In this document: positions 26,586 to 36,315 of the stretch, piece by piece
Layout of the letters: each line of letters begins with the position of its first letter
Position numbering within the stretch: position 1 is the first letter of the stretch
Virus record (IMG/VR): IMGVR_UViG_3300031088_000819
Source: a virus
Taxonomy: Duplodnaviria; Heunggongvirae; Uroviricota; Caudoviricetes
DNA: 64,000 nucleotides
Strand: one strand, 5' to 3'
Notes under the pieces: model-generated
What the model was told of the DNA's origin: nothing
The model's database searches: none
What the model saw: the letters and a program-made list of their open reading frames with translations, nothing else
Program-made: the position numbers and the translations under genes

Positions 26586-27863
26586 ATGGACACCACATTT
26601 ACCATCATTGAAGAAAATAAATCTACCATTGCTGGACTAGGTGATTTACAGCTCACAATAGAATTAGGTATTCCCTATTACTTGCCGTCACACCGGGGTG
26701 ACTATCAGGGCCTCTGGAATCTTCTAGAGGAATTCGAAACCTTAGTGCTAAGCACCAAGAGAAACGAACTCTTAGAAAAAGAGAGAAATTTTTTGAGAGA
26801 GGCCAAGTCCAAGGGTTTCGTGGTGGTATTAGCTGGTCCAAGTCCATTCTTTTGGGAAAAGGGTGACGGAGAACTAATAGATCACAAAATATCTCTGGAT
26901 CCATTCCAAGAACAAGATCACTCACCACAGAGAGATGTGGCTTTCTTTTTCGAAGGATCAGGTTTAAAGTCTGATTTCCATAGAAGAGATGTCCAAGTTA
27001 CCATCTCTATATCTAAATTTCTGATTTCCTCTATGCGCAAATCTAAGAGTGAGATCGAAGAGGCTTCCTACGAAATTACTAAATATTTCCCCACAAGCGG
27101 GAAACTTTATATTTCAGAAATTGACTCCATACCTAATTGGCTTATTTTACAACTTTTGAAAGAACTTGAAAGTAAAAATACATCACTTGTGATCCTAAAT
27201 GAAAATCGAAAGATCACAGCAAAGGAATTGGAAGAATTCAGAAATGAGATTAAGCGAAGATGGAGAGATAATCTTCCCAGACAAGTGATTGTTTTAGATC
27301 CAGAGGGCAATAGAGCTAGTAAATTAAAAGGCGCGATAGACGCAGCTAGTAGCTATGAAAATCGATCTGGTCATGTAGATGTAGATTACTACAAGGGTGG
27401 AGATGAAATCGGCTGGAAATGGGAAGGTGCCTTTGAAAAAGCTAGAAACACTCCTAATGTTTTTCTAGTTGTTGAAGATGGCTCAGTTCTTCAACGTAGA
27501 GCAATGGATATACGAAAATATCTCAGTGAAATAGAAGCACTTGGTGGAGGTCTGTCCTTTGCCCACCAATCTAATGCGCTTTTTCACCATTTGGGAGCAG
27601 GATTTTACATTCTAGCAGATGAACCTCTAGCTAAGCTTGTAGAGCATCTTAAAGTAGATTCCTATCTCGACGAAATGAGCCTACAGACTCCCGTAAACCA
27701 AAGCGCCCTTTCAGAATATTCCCAAAATGTCGCTGTCAAACTGAAAGAACAAGGGAAAACTATTCAAGAGACATCGAAGATCATGGGAGTCAATAAATCA
27801 ACCATAAGCCGTTGGTTTAAAACGCTAAGAGGTCAACAAAGCAACCACGAAGATGAAAACTGA
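26586..27863 (+). CDS. protein with a C-terminal helix-turn-helix, in the low-GC island
   Basis: C-terminal KTIQETSKIMGVNKSTISRWFK is a resolvase/transposase-type HTH. Paralogous to 28633-29280. AT-rich codon usage. Confidence 0.55.
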   Translation: MDTTFTIIEENKSTIAGLGDLQLTIELGIPYYLPSHRGDYQGLWNLLEEFETLVLSTKRNELLEKERNFLREAKSKGFVVVLAGPSPFFWEKGDGELIDHKISLDPFQEQDHSPQRDVAFFFEGSGLKSDFHRRDVQVTISISKFLISSMRKSKSEIEEASYEITKYFPTSGKLYISEIDSIPNWLILQLLKELESKNTSLVILNENRKITAKELEEFRNEIKRRWRDNLPRQVIVLDPEGNRASKLKGAIDAASSYENRSGHVDVDYYKGGDEIGWKWEGAFEKARNTPNVFLVVEDGSVLQRRAMDIRKYLSEIEALGGGLSFAHQSNALFHHLGAGFYILADEPLAKLVEHLKVDSYLDEMSLQTPVNQSALSEYSQNVAVKLKEQGKTIQETSKIMGVNKSTISRWFKTLRGQQSNHEDEN

Positions 27864-27930
27864 TAGCTCCAATAACAGATAAACAAACAATTCACAGCTG
27901 TCCGAAATGCTCTCAATATAAGGAAATACT

Positions 27931-28377
27931 ATGAAAAGTAAGAAGAAACCTATGAGCCAATTTGTGGCATCGACACTGATGGATCTGGATGAACTGATAC
28001 TACGGCCACATTCGGGTTGGGTAGACGGAGCAGGCGTCCTCAACGAAGTTGACTGGTTCAGCACCGATGAACACAAAGCGAACAAGGAGAAAGGTCTATC
28101 CCACTCCTACAAGGAACCGTTCAGATCGAGAGGCTACCAAATAGCTCAGAGCCTGTCAGACAGCTCCTGGTGGGGAATCCGCTGGAACGATGCCTATGAG
28201 TTCATCAGCGAACACAAGGGGAAAGAAGCCGCAGCAAAGTTCGTTGAGATCAGGTTGGATCTAGCCGACAGGCAAGGCTGGTCTGGATATGGCCGGGACG
28301 GAGAGAGGCGACCACGAATAACTGTGTTTAGCGCTCCAAACATCGTCGTGCCTACGGAGGATGATGAAAAATCCTAA
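27931..28377 (+). CDS. hypothetical protein
   Basis: 148 aa. SD AAGGAAATA upstream. Confidence 0.45.
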   Translation: MKSKKKPMSQFVASTLMDLDELILRPHSGWVDGAGVLNEVDWFSTDEHKANKEKGLSHSYKEPFRSRGYQIAQSLSDSSWWGIRWNDAYEFISEHKGKEAAAKFVEIRLDLADRQGWSGYGRDGERRPRITVFSAPNIVVPTEDDEKS

Positions 28378-28392
28378 ACTAGTGCTATAAAA

Positions 28393-28424
28393 ATAGCCCC
28401 GAGCTTCAGCTCGGGGCTATTTAG
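28393..28424 (+). terminator. intrinsic terminator
   Basis: ATAGCCCCGAGC ttca GCTCGGGGCTAT stem followed by TTAGTG. Confidence 0.6.
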
Positions 28425-28632
28425 TGATGCCAATAACAGAATATTTATCTTTGAAATTAACTAAAAATTCAAAAGTTTGCTAACATTCCCACTTATGAGT
28501 ATCTAGATGCAAAATCTTATTTCGATTGATCTAAGGAACAAGATATTCTATGTCCTATTTTTAGCAATAGTTGCTTTGATATGGTAATTGATCGTTCCGG
28601 AAATTCCACGATCTTATTACATGGAGTAATTT

Positions 28633-29280
28633 ATGTCCAATCAAAGAACATACGCCCTAGTAGTAGATAGCCAAGAAGAACTTCAAAGATTTATAGGTCT
28701 TAGAGGTATCATAAGTGATGCTGAAGGCATGAGCGGAATAAGAAATTTAGATACTCTACAAGCTCAAGGCAATTTCAAAATCTACGGTGAACTCGAAGAA
28801 GATTCTTTCGGTAAGAAACGCAGTGGTACCAATATAGCAGAAGCCATCAAATATGTAACCACTCATCGCAATAGTGTCCTAGGAGTCACCTCTATTGAAC
28901 AAATTTCTAACAATATCCAAACTATTGTAGAAATACTGCAAGACATCCATGCAGCAGGAAGCGGAATCGTAATTAGATTTTCCTCCAGGGGCCTAGAGTT
29001 GAAATTTAGTCAGAGCGGTGAATACAATGGTTGGATCTGGATTGGTCAGGCTCTAGCCGATTTCATCGAACAAGTAAAGATTGCTGCCTACTTCGATGAG
29101 ATGTTCCACCCAAGTGCTTGGGCTAAGATTCCTAATTCTAAAATGTATCAGGTTTGGGATCAGATCAGTGCTGAAAAGAGCAATGCAGCTGTGTCTAGAG
29201 CTACCGGCATTTCAGAAAAAACAGTAGCTAAGCTAAGGCGCCGATTCAAAAATTTGGAAACCATCTATCGGAATAGATGA
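28633..29280 (+). CDS. protein with a C-terminal helix-turn-helix, paralog of 26586-27863
   Basis: C-terminal AAVSRATGISEKTVAKLRRRFK is an HTH. Shared block LA(K/D)..E..K..(S/A)Y(L/F)DEM. AT-rich. Confidence 0.55.
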   Translation: MSNQRTYALVVDSQEELQRFIGLRGIISDAEGMSGIRNLDTLQAQGNFKIYGELEEDSFGKKRSGTNIAEAIKYVTTHRNSVLGVTSIEQISNNIQTIVEILQDIHAAGSGIVIRFSSRGLELKFSQSGEYNGWIWIGQALADFIEQVKIAAYFDEMFHPSAWAKIPNSKMYQVWDQISAEKSNAAVSRATGISEKTVAKLRRRFKNLETIYRNR

Positions 29281-30881
29281 TGGTGCTAACACAAAGAAAA
29301 GAGTCCGCCAATAGCGATGCTGAATTAGTGGCGGTGGACTCCGCTACGGCTCTATCTTTTCTAGAAGAGCACTCCACCTCGGACAAAGATAGGCCAGGCA
29401 GCAATCTACGAAGCTGGGGCATAGAGGGGAATGGACAGCTCTTAGCAGTAATAGCAATCTGTAATCCTCGCACCCTAGAGCTTCAGAAAAGCTATACAAC
29501 TGAGCTCTATGGACTAGCTGTCTCAAATCAAAAGGCCAGTGGAGAGCTGATCAACTCTCTCATGAGCATAGCGATGGAATCAGGCATTCCAGACCTTTTC
29601 ATCCAAGGAGAACGAGCAAAAGAATATGGACAATACGGATTCGAGCGATCAACTGTTAGCAGTGATAATTCTGAGAGCTCAATCTATCATTGGCGTGATC
29701 CCTCAGTTCGATTTTACACCTACAAAATCACTAGCTCAAAGGGCAAAGGTTACTACATAGGCCGCCACAGAACAAGCCTGGAAACCATCGAAGAAATGGT
29801 CACCGATGGCTACATGGGCAGTGGGGGAGTGAAGTATAAAAACTGGATAGCCTCAGTTGGCGAAGAGACACTCTCCAAGGAAATTACAGGAGTCTATGGC
29901 ACTTGGAAGGAAGTAGTAGCTGCAGAAGAACAGCTCATCGGAAATCTCTATAAAACAGACAGCAATTGTAAGAACAGCAAACCGGGAGGCATAGGGCTTA
30001 CCAGCTATATGCCTGCATACACTATAGATTTTTGTCCCATACATGGGAAAACGAAGTTCAGAGGAAGGTGCCATAAATGCACAGTAGGTGATGCCCAGTC
30101 TCTGAAGGAATGCACTATACATGGACTCGTACTACATCGTGGTGATTCTTGTTTTACCTGCGTTAGAAGCAAAACTAACACTAAAAAGGAATGTTTAGTT
30201 CATGGTTTAGCTATCCACTATGGTGACACTTGTTCAAACTGCGCTAGCGCAGCAGCTAAACAGCTAGCAGAGTGCGAAATTCATGGATTTGTCATTCACC
30301 AGGGTAGCTCTTGTGCAACATGCGTAGCTGAAAAATCTGTTTCCCTTAAAATTTGCGCCATCCATGGAGAGACCAAGCATGTTGGCCAACACTGTCGTAA
30401 ATGTCTTAATGGCAGCGTAATAACTGAAAGCAATTGTCCCATTCATGGTCTAACCTCTTTCAAGGGCGAGAGCTGCGTCAAGTGCTCTGCAGCAAAGAGT
30501 TGGGCTATCTTTGAGTGTCCTATCCACGGTCAGACCAAACATCGAGGCAACAGCTGTGAAAAATGCACTCAGCAACAACGAGCTGCAGAGCAAAGAGCCC
30601 TTGAAGTGGTTCAAAGCTGCGCCACGCATGGCGAAACCGCTTTTCTCAAAGGTGAGTGCAAGCGCTGCGTAGCTCAAAAGAAAATATCCCTGAAGAAGTG
30701 CCCCACTCACGGGAAAACCAAACACACGGGGAATACTTGTGGAAAGTGTCTGGTGGCAAAGGTATGGACCACCGAAGAGTGCTCCATCCACGGTCTAGTT
30801 AAGCACCGCTCTGGCAAGTGTCAAAAGTGTGCTGCTCTCGCTAGCTGGGCAAAGCGCAAAGCCAAGGCGAAGGTAGATTAG
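29277..30881 (+). CDS. GIY-YIG-like domain protein with ~9-12 tandem zinc-ribbon repeats
   Basis: FYTYKITSSKGKGYYIGRH resembles a GIY-YIG nuclease motif. It is followed by a tandem array of C-x-x-HG-x3-(H/F)-x4-C-x-x-C units (~18 aa each). ATGA overlap with the upstream gene. AT-rich. Confidence 0.6.
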   Translation: MMVLTQRKESANSDAELVAVDSATALSFLEEHSTSDKDRPGSNLRSWGIEGNGQLLAVIAICNPRTLELQKSYTTELYGLAVSNQKASGELINSLMSIAMESGIPDLFIQGERAKEYGQYGFERSTVSSDNSESSIYHWRDPSVRFYTYKITSSKGKGYYIGRHRTSLETIEEMVTDGYMGSGGVKYKNWIASVGEETLSKEITGVYGTWKEVVAAEEQLIGNLYKTDSNCKNSKPGGIGLTSYMPAYTIDFCPIHGKTKFRGRCHKCTVGDAQSLKECTIHGLVLHRGDSCFTCVRSKTNTKKECLVHGLAIHYGDTCSNCASAAAKQLAECEIHGFVIHQGSSCATCVAEKSVSLKICAIHGETKHVGQHCRKCLNGSVITESNCPIHGLTSFKGESCVKCSAAKSWAIFECPIHGQTKHRGNSCEKCTQQQRAAEQRALEVVQSCATHGETAFLKGECKRCVAQKKISLKKCPTHGKTKHTGNTCGKCLVAKVWTTEECSIHGLVKHRSGKCQKCAALASWAKRKAKAKVD

Positions 30882-30943
30882 TTCCGTGATCTTCGTTAGA
30901 ATGGTTCTGTCTCATTGAACACTAACTAGAGGGGCTGGTAACC

Positions 30944-32035
30944 TTGGCTGTAGGACGGATGTATCCACAAACCATCGACAACGCAATAGCGATGCTGGAA
31001 AAGGTCTTCAAGAATTTTGAAAAAGCAGATTCTGGAGATGAAGATCGCTTCGTGTCAATTCTCATTAGCCGCCCTGGCCTCGGGAAATCTGCAACCATCG
31101 CAAAGATGGCAAAGCGCATGGGCTATGATTTGGTAGACCTTAATCTTGCCCAGTTAGATCCTACTGACGCACTAGGACTTGGAGCGAGAGAAAAAATTAA
31201 TGGCAAATGGGAAACTCACGTAGCTCTTCCCCAATGGGTTCATCGTGCAATGGCCGGAAAGTGCATCATTCTTGTGGATGAGTTCAATATGGGAACTCAA
31301 GATGTGCTTGGATCTTTCCAAAAGATGTTCTCGGATTTCGTCATCGATGGTGAAAAGCTCCCGAGGACTACCCACATCATCGGTGCCTGCAATCCTCCCG
31401 GCAAGGATGCTATCTTCGCAGCAAAGCGGCTCTCGGGAGCCTTCCGGCGTCGTCTTTGCATGATTCCCATCATCGATGACTTCGAGTACGTGCAGAAAAA
31501 GCACGGCTTCATCATGCCTCGGGGCTTTGTGAAGCCCAACTACGAGGACATCATCAACTATTGCAGCTACGATGAGATCTCCTCGGCAGTTGTGGATAAT
31601 GTCTTCAACATCGCCTCCTACGATGGACTCAAGGACGCAGAGAAGATCTCCCTCGTGGCGGGCTTCGGAGAAAAGGCCTTGGAGTTCGCCCAGGAGCTGG
31701 ACCTCTTCGCTAGCCACCTCTTCGCCTCCAGCTACAAGGCCACCAACTCGGAGCTCACCTACGTGGAGTGGAAGCGCAACCCCGAAGACTCCATCCCCGA
31801 GTACCAGCAGATCCTCTGGGGCCAAGAGTCCATCAAGAACAGCAGCTCCTACAACAACCAGAAGAAGTTCCTTTCCAGAATCGAGAACAACAGGGTCTAT
31901 GTGGCTCTCTATGCGCTCGTCAAGGAGAAGTTCGATGTGGATTACGAGGTAGATGAGGCCAAGCTGCCCGACTCAAAGGAGGACCCCACGGGTCAGCTGT
32001 CTGCTGTCGGTTCCACTGTCGAGGAGCAGGGCTAA
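30944..32035 (+). CDS. MoxR-like AAA+ ATPase (AAA_5 type)
   Basis: Walker A RPGLGKSAT, Walker B CIILVDEFN, sensor IIGACNP. Confidence 0.75.
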   Translation: MAVGRMYPQTIDNAIAMLEKVFKNFEKADSGDEDRFVSILISRPGLGKSATIAKMAKRMGYDLVDLNLAQLDPTDALGLGAREKINGKWETHVALPQWVHRAMAGKCIILVDEFNMGTQDVLGSFQKMFSDFVIDGEKLPRTTHIIGACNPPGKDAIFAAKRLSGAFRRRLCMIPIIDDFEYVQKKHGFIMPRGFVKPNYEDIINYCSYDEISSAVVDNVFNIASYDGLKDAEKISLVAGFGEKALEFAQELDLFASHLFASSYKATNSELTYVEWKRNPEDSIPEYQQILWGQESIKNSSSYNNQKKFLSRIENNRVYVALYALVKEKFDVDYEVDEAKLPDSKEDPTGQLSAVGSTVEEQG

Positions 32036-32036
32036 A

Positions 32037-33905
32037 ATGGCGCGGCTCCAGAAGAACTTTTCCTACGGTGAGCTCTGGACTGATCAGCCCGTTCGTAAAA
32101 GCGAAGTAGAGGGACTCCACGGCAGGGTAGAGGAGAGCCTTGCAAAGTTCACCACCAATGACGCCTTTGTGGACTTCGCAGAGCAGCATGGCTACAGGTT
32201 CTACATCGACTACGACTTCGACGGCGTAGCTCGTACCAACGTGACTGCCCGCGAGATCATTGTCAATGGCAACTATCCCGATGAGCTACTGAGTTCCTTC
32301 ATCCAGCACGAGATGGGCCACCTCATGCTCTTCGACGTGAACCAGTTTGTGACAGTGGGTAAAACCACCATGCGCTCTACAATCGCCGATGTGATCTACA
32401 CGCCAGAAAATCTCTCCACCTACGGCATGAGGCAGCTGCTACTCCTGGAGAACATCATCCAGGACATCATCATTGAGACCGTTTCGGATGGTTTCTGCGT
32501 TTGCAGCAATAGCCTCACCCACCTGGGTGGCAACATGGGCGTAAAGCACCTCCCCAGCCTCGAAGACACGAAGATCATTGCTCGAGAAGCCGCCAAAACG
32601 GTTCTCCGGGTAGAGGACAACTCCGACTTCAGCTCCGAGGAACTCGGCGACCTTCGGGGACTTTTGGAATCCATGCTAAAAGATCTCGAAGCGGATATGG
32701 GCGAGATCGGCGAGGAGATCAAGAAGAATTCCACCACCAACAAGTTCTCCGCCGAGAAGAGTCTTCAGAGATTCCGGAAGCTCCACGCTAAGAAGCAGCA
32801 GCTGGAAAAAGTTGAGAAAAAGCTCGCTAAAAAGTGGAACTCCAAGCTCCAAGCTCTCGCTGACAGGTTGGAGGGGGAAATCGAAGAGCTCGAAAGCCCC
32901 GAAAGAATAGAGAAGGACGCCGAGGAGGCGGAAGCGGAGCGGGCCAAGGAGGGGAAGAGACTCTCGGATAAGCTCGAAGCTGCGGGAGAGCTTCATAAGG
33001 CCCTCGAAGAACAACTCCGCAAGGCCGAAGAAGCGGAGGCCGAGCGAGACGCCTCCGGGGAGGATAAGAAAGCTGGTGGCGAGGCGAGCAAAGAGCTCAT
33101 CAAGAACTACACTGACCGCAACAGCTCCGACGATGAGGCCCCCGAAAATCCAGGCCACTCCTTCGATTGCGGGTTCCCTCATCCCGTCACCGTCGACCGC
33201 AGTGAGTCCCATGGGAATGAGCGCCATCTTCGCAAGATCAGTGGTGGCGTGAGAATCAAGACTTTGAGGCTCACCGAAGATGACGCTGATAACTCCATCG
33301 GCGGCAGAAGAAAAGCCCAAACGAGCGAGTACACCTATTTCAAGTCTGCCAAGAAGGAATTCGATGAGACAGACATGCTCAAGGGTAAGCGGAGGGAGAA
33401 GCTCACTGGCATCAATGTGCTCATTGGACTGGATGTCTCGGGTTCTATGACCAATGAATGGACTTCCATGTTCAGTGAGATCTCTAGGCTGGTGGAGGAA
33501 CTCAAAGAAACTCTTGACATCGAAGAAATCATCTACTTCACCTACAACCATAGGCTCCGGCAGCACTCCAGGGAGTTCTCCGACCTGAAGCTCACAGCTA
33601 GCGGCGGCAACGCATTTGGCTATGTCTACCAGGATATGATGACGCGGCTCCCCATGCTCCAAAAAAATGAGATCATTCTGGTGACAGACTGTGGAGATAG
33701 TCTAGGGTTCAAGCTCAACTCTGTCTGCCAGGCGGAGCGCAATGGCGTGGAGGTGGAGAACCACATCTCCATCATTGACACGGAGGGCGCTGGTTTCTAC
33801 GCTAAGAGTGACTTCCAGGCTGAAGATTGGGACATCTATTCGGCCAAGGACAAAAAGCTCTACAAGGGCATCAAGGATCGCATAGAAGAGCTCATCGAGC
33901 GATAG
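32037..33905 (+). CDS. zincin-like (HExxH) plus C-terminal vWA (MIDAS) protein with a central charged coiled coil
   Basis: FIQHEMGHLM near the N-terminus. LIGLDVSGSM MIDAS motif near the C-terminus. About 130 aa of E/K-rich coiled coil between them. Starts 2 nt after the AAA gene. Confidence 0.7.
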   Translation: MARLQKNFSYGELWTDQPVRKSEVEGLHGRVEESLAKFTTNDAFVDFAEQHGYRFYIDYDFDGVARTNVTAREIIVNGNYPDELLSSFIQHEMGHLMLFDVNQFVTVGKTTMRSTIADVIYTPENLSTYGMRQLLLLENIIQDIIIETVSDGFCVCSNSLTHLGGNMGVKHLPSLEDTKIIAREAAKTVLRVEDNSDFSSEELGDLRGLLESMLKDLEADMGEIGEEIKKNSTTNKFSAEKSLQRFRKLHAKKQQLEKVEKKLAKKWNSKLQALADRLEGEIEELESPERIEKDAEEAEAERAKEGKRLSDKLEAAGELHKALEEQLRKAEEAEAERDASGEDKKAGGEASKELIKNYTDRNSSDDEAPENPGHSFDCGFPHPVTVDRSESHGNERHLRKISGGVRIKTLRLTEDDADNSIGGRRKAQTSEYTYFKSAKKEFDETDMLKGKRREKLTGINVLIGLDVSGSMTNEWTSMFSEISRLVEELKETLDIEEIIYFTYNHRLRQHSREFSDLKLTASGGNAFGYVYQDMMTRLPMLQKNEIILVTDCGDSLGFKLNSVCQAERNGVEVENHISIIDTEGAGFYAKSDFQAEDWDIYSAKDKKLYKGIKDRIEELIER

Positions 33906-34050
33906 ATTCGGCCACTAGAGGTGCCACATGGCGATCTGAAGAACTTTCAGCCAATCTAGCGAGGGATGTTGTTCTTCGCTATTCTAGGTTCTCAGAACAC
34001 ATTCCTCAGCCCTGTTGTGGAATCGCTGCCTTTAGCGTAAAATAGCTGCT

Positions 34051-34434
34051 ATGAACTTTAGACGAATCCTTGGTGCAGCTGCGGTAGTGGTTTTAGGAAG
34101 CGCTGCGCTCGCGGGCTGCACGATGAGCCTCGAAGAGGTGCAGGAATCGCCTCACAAGGTCATTGAGACAGATACGGATTTCTGGGCTGGACGCAGTTGG
34201 AGCTATGTGTCCCCCGATGGTGCTGAAAAGCCTCTCACTGAAAATTGTGGTGGCTTCTGGGAGGGAAGATGTCTTTCTACTTCTGATGGCTCCGTTGAGT
34301 TTCGCTGGAGCACACGCAAGGGTGGAGTGATCGCCAATGAGAGACTCACCATCGATGGCACTGAGTATCCGCTTGAATGTGTTTCCACTGATTTTTGGGA
34401 TGGAACCTATGTCTGCGGCATGGAAAACCACTAG
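34051..34434 (+). CDS. lipoprotein
   Basis: Signal peptide with lipobox LAGC. TAAAAT, N7, ATG. Confidence 0.6.
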   Translation: MNFRRILGAAAVVVLGSAALAGCTMSLEEVQESPHKVIETDTDFWAGRSWSYVSPDGAEKPLTENCGGFWEGRCLSTSDGSVEFRWSTRKGGVIANERLTIDGTEYPLECVSTDFWDGTYVCGMENH

Positions 34435-34470
34435 CTCTTACATTTTTAGCAGTTGAAGAGAAAGAAACCT

Positions 34471-35379
34471 ATGGAGAAGAAATTCCACGCGGCAGTTGGC
34501 AAAGTGAAGTCCAGCCATCCCCTCATCAATGAAGTTTACCACTTGATCTTCGTAGTAGCTGGTGGTGTGCTCGCGGCTCTGGGGCTCGAAGCCTTCCTCA
34601 TCCCCCACGGCTTCCTTGACGGTGGACTCACTGGTATCTCCATCATCCTCTCCAAGTTCATCAACATTCCCGTCGGCGTATTCATCGCTGCCCTCAACCT
34701 GCCATTCATTGCCCTCACCTGGTGGAAACTGGGTAGACGCTCGGCCTTTAGGACCACCGTGGGCGTGGCTACCCTAGCTGTTTTTGCTGTGCTGCTACAC
34801 CACATGGATCCCTGGACTGACAACTATGTGCTAGCGCTCTTCTATGGTGGTGCGCTCTTGGGCTTCGGCGTGGGCATCGCTCTGCGAAATGGTGGAGCCC
34901 TGGATGGCACAGAAGCCCTCGCCACCATGATCTCCAACAAGAGCCGCTACTCTGTAGATCAGCTCATTCTAGGCATTAACGTGGTGGTCTTTGTAGTAGC
35001 GGGCTTTGTCATGGACTGGCAATCGGCCATGTCTTCGGCGCTACTCTTCTACATCGTCGTCTCTACGCTCATCGACAAGATCGTGAATGGTACCCACGAT
35101 TTCAAGAACGCTGTGATTTCTACAGTCCATCCCGATGAAGTGGCTGCCGCCGCACTAGCTGTCACTAAGCGCCATGTTCTCGTGGATCGCAAGAAGATCT
35201 GGCACCACGATGATAGGGAAGACGACTGTGTCTATCAGCTGCGCCTAGTCATCACTCGACTGGAGGCTTCGGAGCTCTCGGAGAAGGTCATCGAAGTGGA
35301 CAAAGATGCCGTCATTGTCTTCAACGAGATCAGCTCTCTCCGAGGCGGAGTCTATGAAGATCTCAACAGTAGCCACTAA
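34471..35379 (+). CDS. YitT-family (DUF161/DUF2179) membrane protein
   Basis: GGVLAALGLEAFLIPHGFLDGGLTGISIIL and ALNLPFIAL are characteristic of YitT. Confidence 0.7.
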   Translation: MEKKFHAAVGKVKSSHPLINEVYHLIFVVAGGVLAALGLEAFLIPHGFLDGGLTGISIILSKFINIPVGVFIAALNLPFIALTWWKLGRRSAFRTTVGVATLAVFAVLLHHMDPWTDNYVLALFYGGALLGFGVGIALRNGGALDGTEALATMISNKSRYSVDQLILGINVVVFVVAGFVMDWQSAMSSALLFYIVVSTLIDKIVNGTHDFKNAVISTVHPDEVAAAALAVTKRHVLVDRKKIWHHDDREDDCVYQLRLVITRLEASELSEKVIEVDKDAVIVFNEISSLRGGVYEDLNSSH

Positions 35380-35403
35380 GAAGTAGAAAACTAGGAGAAT
35401 AAA

Positions 35404-35679
35404 ATGACCGCATTTGTGGAAAAGGCCAATCGCGGCGATGATCTGGTGCCTAACGAGGAAAGCGTTCCTGTGATCCAGACCATCGATCCAGAAACCCGCT
35501 GGGAAGATGGTGTGGACCACGATCCTCGAACCGAAGAGCTATGGGACTGGCTGCAGGAATATGATCGCAAGTTCTGCGGCTATGAGTACAGTGACCTTCT
35601 CAGTAGCGGTGGAGACGGTGATCCCGGAGAGGGAATCATGTATCTCATCGATGAGTACTTTGCTGCAAGGGGGGATTAG
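35404..35679 (+). CDS. hypothetical acidic protein
   Basis: SD AGGAG upstream. Confidence 0.5.
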   Translation: MTAFVEKANRGDDLVPNEESVPVIQTIDPETRWEDGVDHDPRTEELWDWLQEYDRKFCGYEYSDLLSSGGDGDPGEGIMYLIDEYFAARGD

Positions 35680-35681
35680 GC

Positions 35682-35969
35682 GTGGTAAATAGAACAACAA
35701 TTGTCTGCCTGGACTGTAGAACTCAGAGCTGCGCCAACGAAAATCATCGGCACATGGCCTGGTCTCCCAAGCTCACGGTGCCAGCCAAGGGCAATGTCAG
35801 GGCATGGAAACTCATCGAGCAGGGCGACTACCACTGGGACAAGAGAAAGGTCTCCCGCAGGGCAACTAGGCGGGCGCAAATCATGGCGGCCAACAGACAG
35901 AGGCGAATCGCGAGCCGACGCCAGGCTGATTCGGGACTACTCCAATCCGGAAAATGGAATCGAGCTTAA
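35682..35969 (+). CDS. small zinc-finger protein with a basic tail
   Basis: CLDC...C..H followed by an Arg-rich C-terminus. GTG start. Confidence 0.4.
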   Translation: MVNRTTIVCLDCRTQSCANENHRHMAWSPKLTVPAKGNVRAWKLIEQGDYHWDKRKVSRRATRRAQIMAANRQRRIASRRQADSGLLQSGKWNRA

Positions 35970-36000
35970 TCGATAGTGTGGCAAAGGAGGGAGAATCGAC

Positions 36001-36315
36001 ATGCTTTTTCTATTTGTGGTGGCGCTGATCGCTCTCAGTGGCTATCTCGTCTATCGGGGTAGGCGCGGCTTTGACCAGCCCACGATCTGGGAAGACATCA
36101 AAGCTCTCTTTGGCTTTGGCGAACGTAGCAAAGAGCCCCATCAGGGGCAGAAAGAATCCCAGCCACACCAAGAGGCAATTAGTTCCAGAGATGGCTACAC
36201 AATAGAGGAAGACCCAGAGCTTTCAGACATTGACAGGCTCGATGAAATCATGAGCCTCAATGATCTCTGGAATCAGAGCCCCGAAGCGGAAGCTAATAAG
36301 ACAGACGAAAAATGA
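36001..36315 (+). CDS. membrane-anchored acidic protein
   Basis: N-terminal TM helix. SD GGAGGG upstream. Confidence 0.45.
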   Translation: MLFLFVVALIALSGYLVYRGRRGFDQPTIWEDIKALFGFGERSKEPHQGQKESQPHQEAISSRDGYTIEEDPELSDIDRLDEIMSLNDLWNQSPEAEANKTDEK

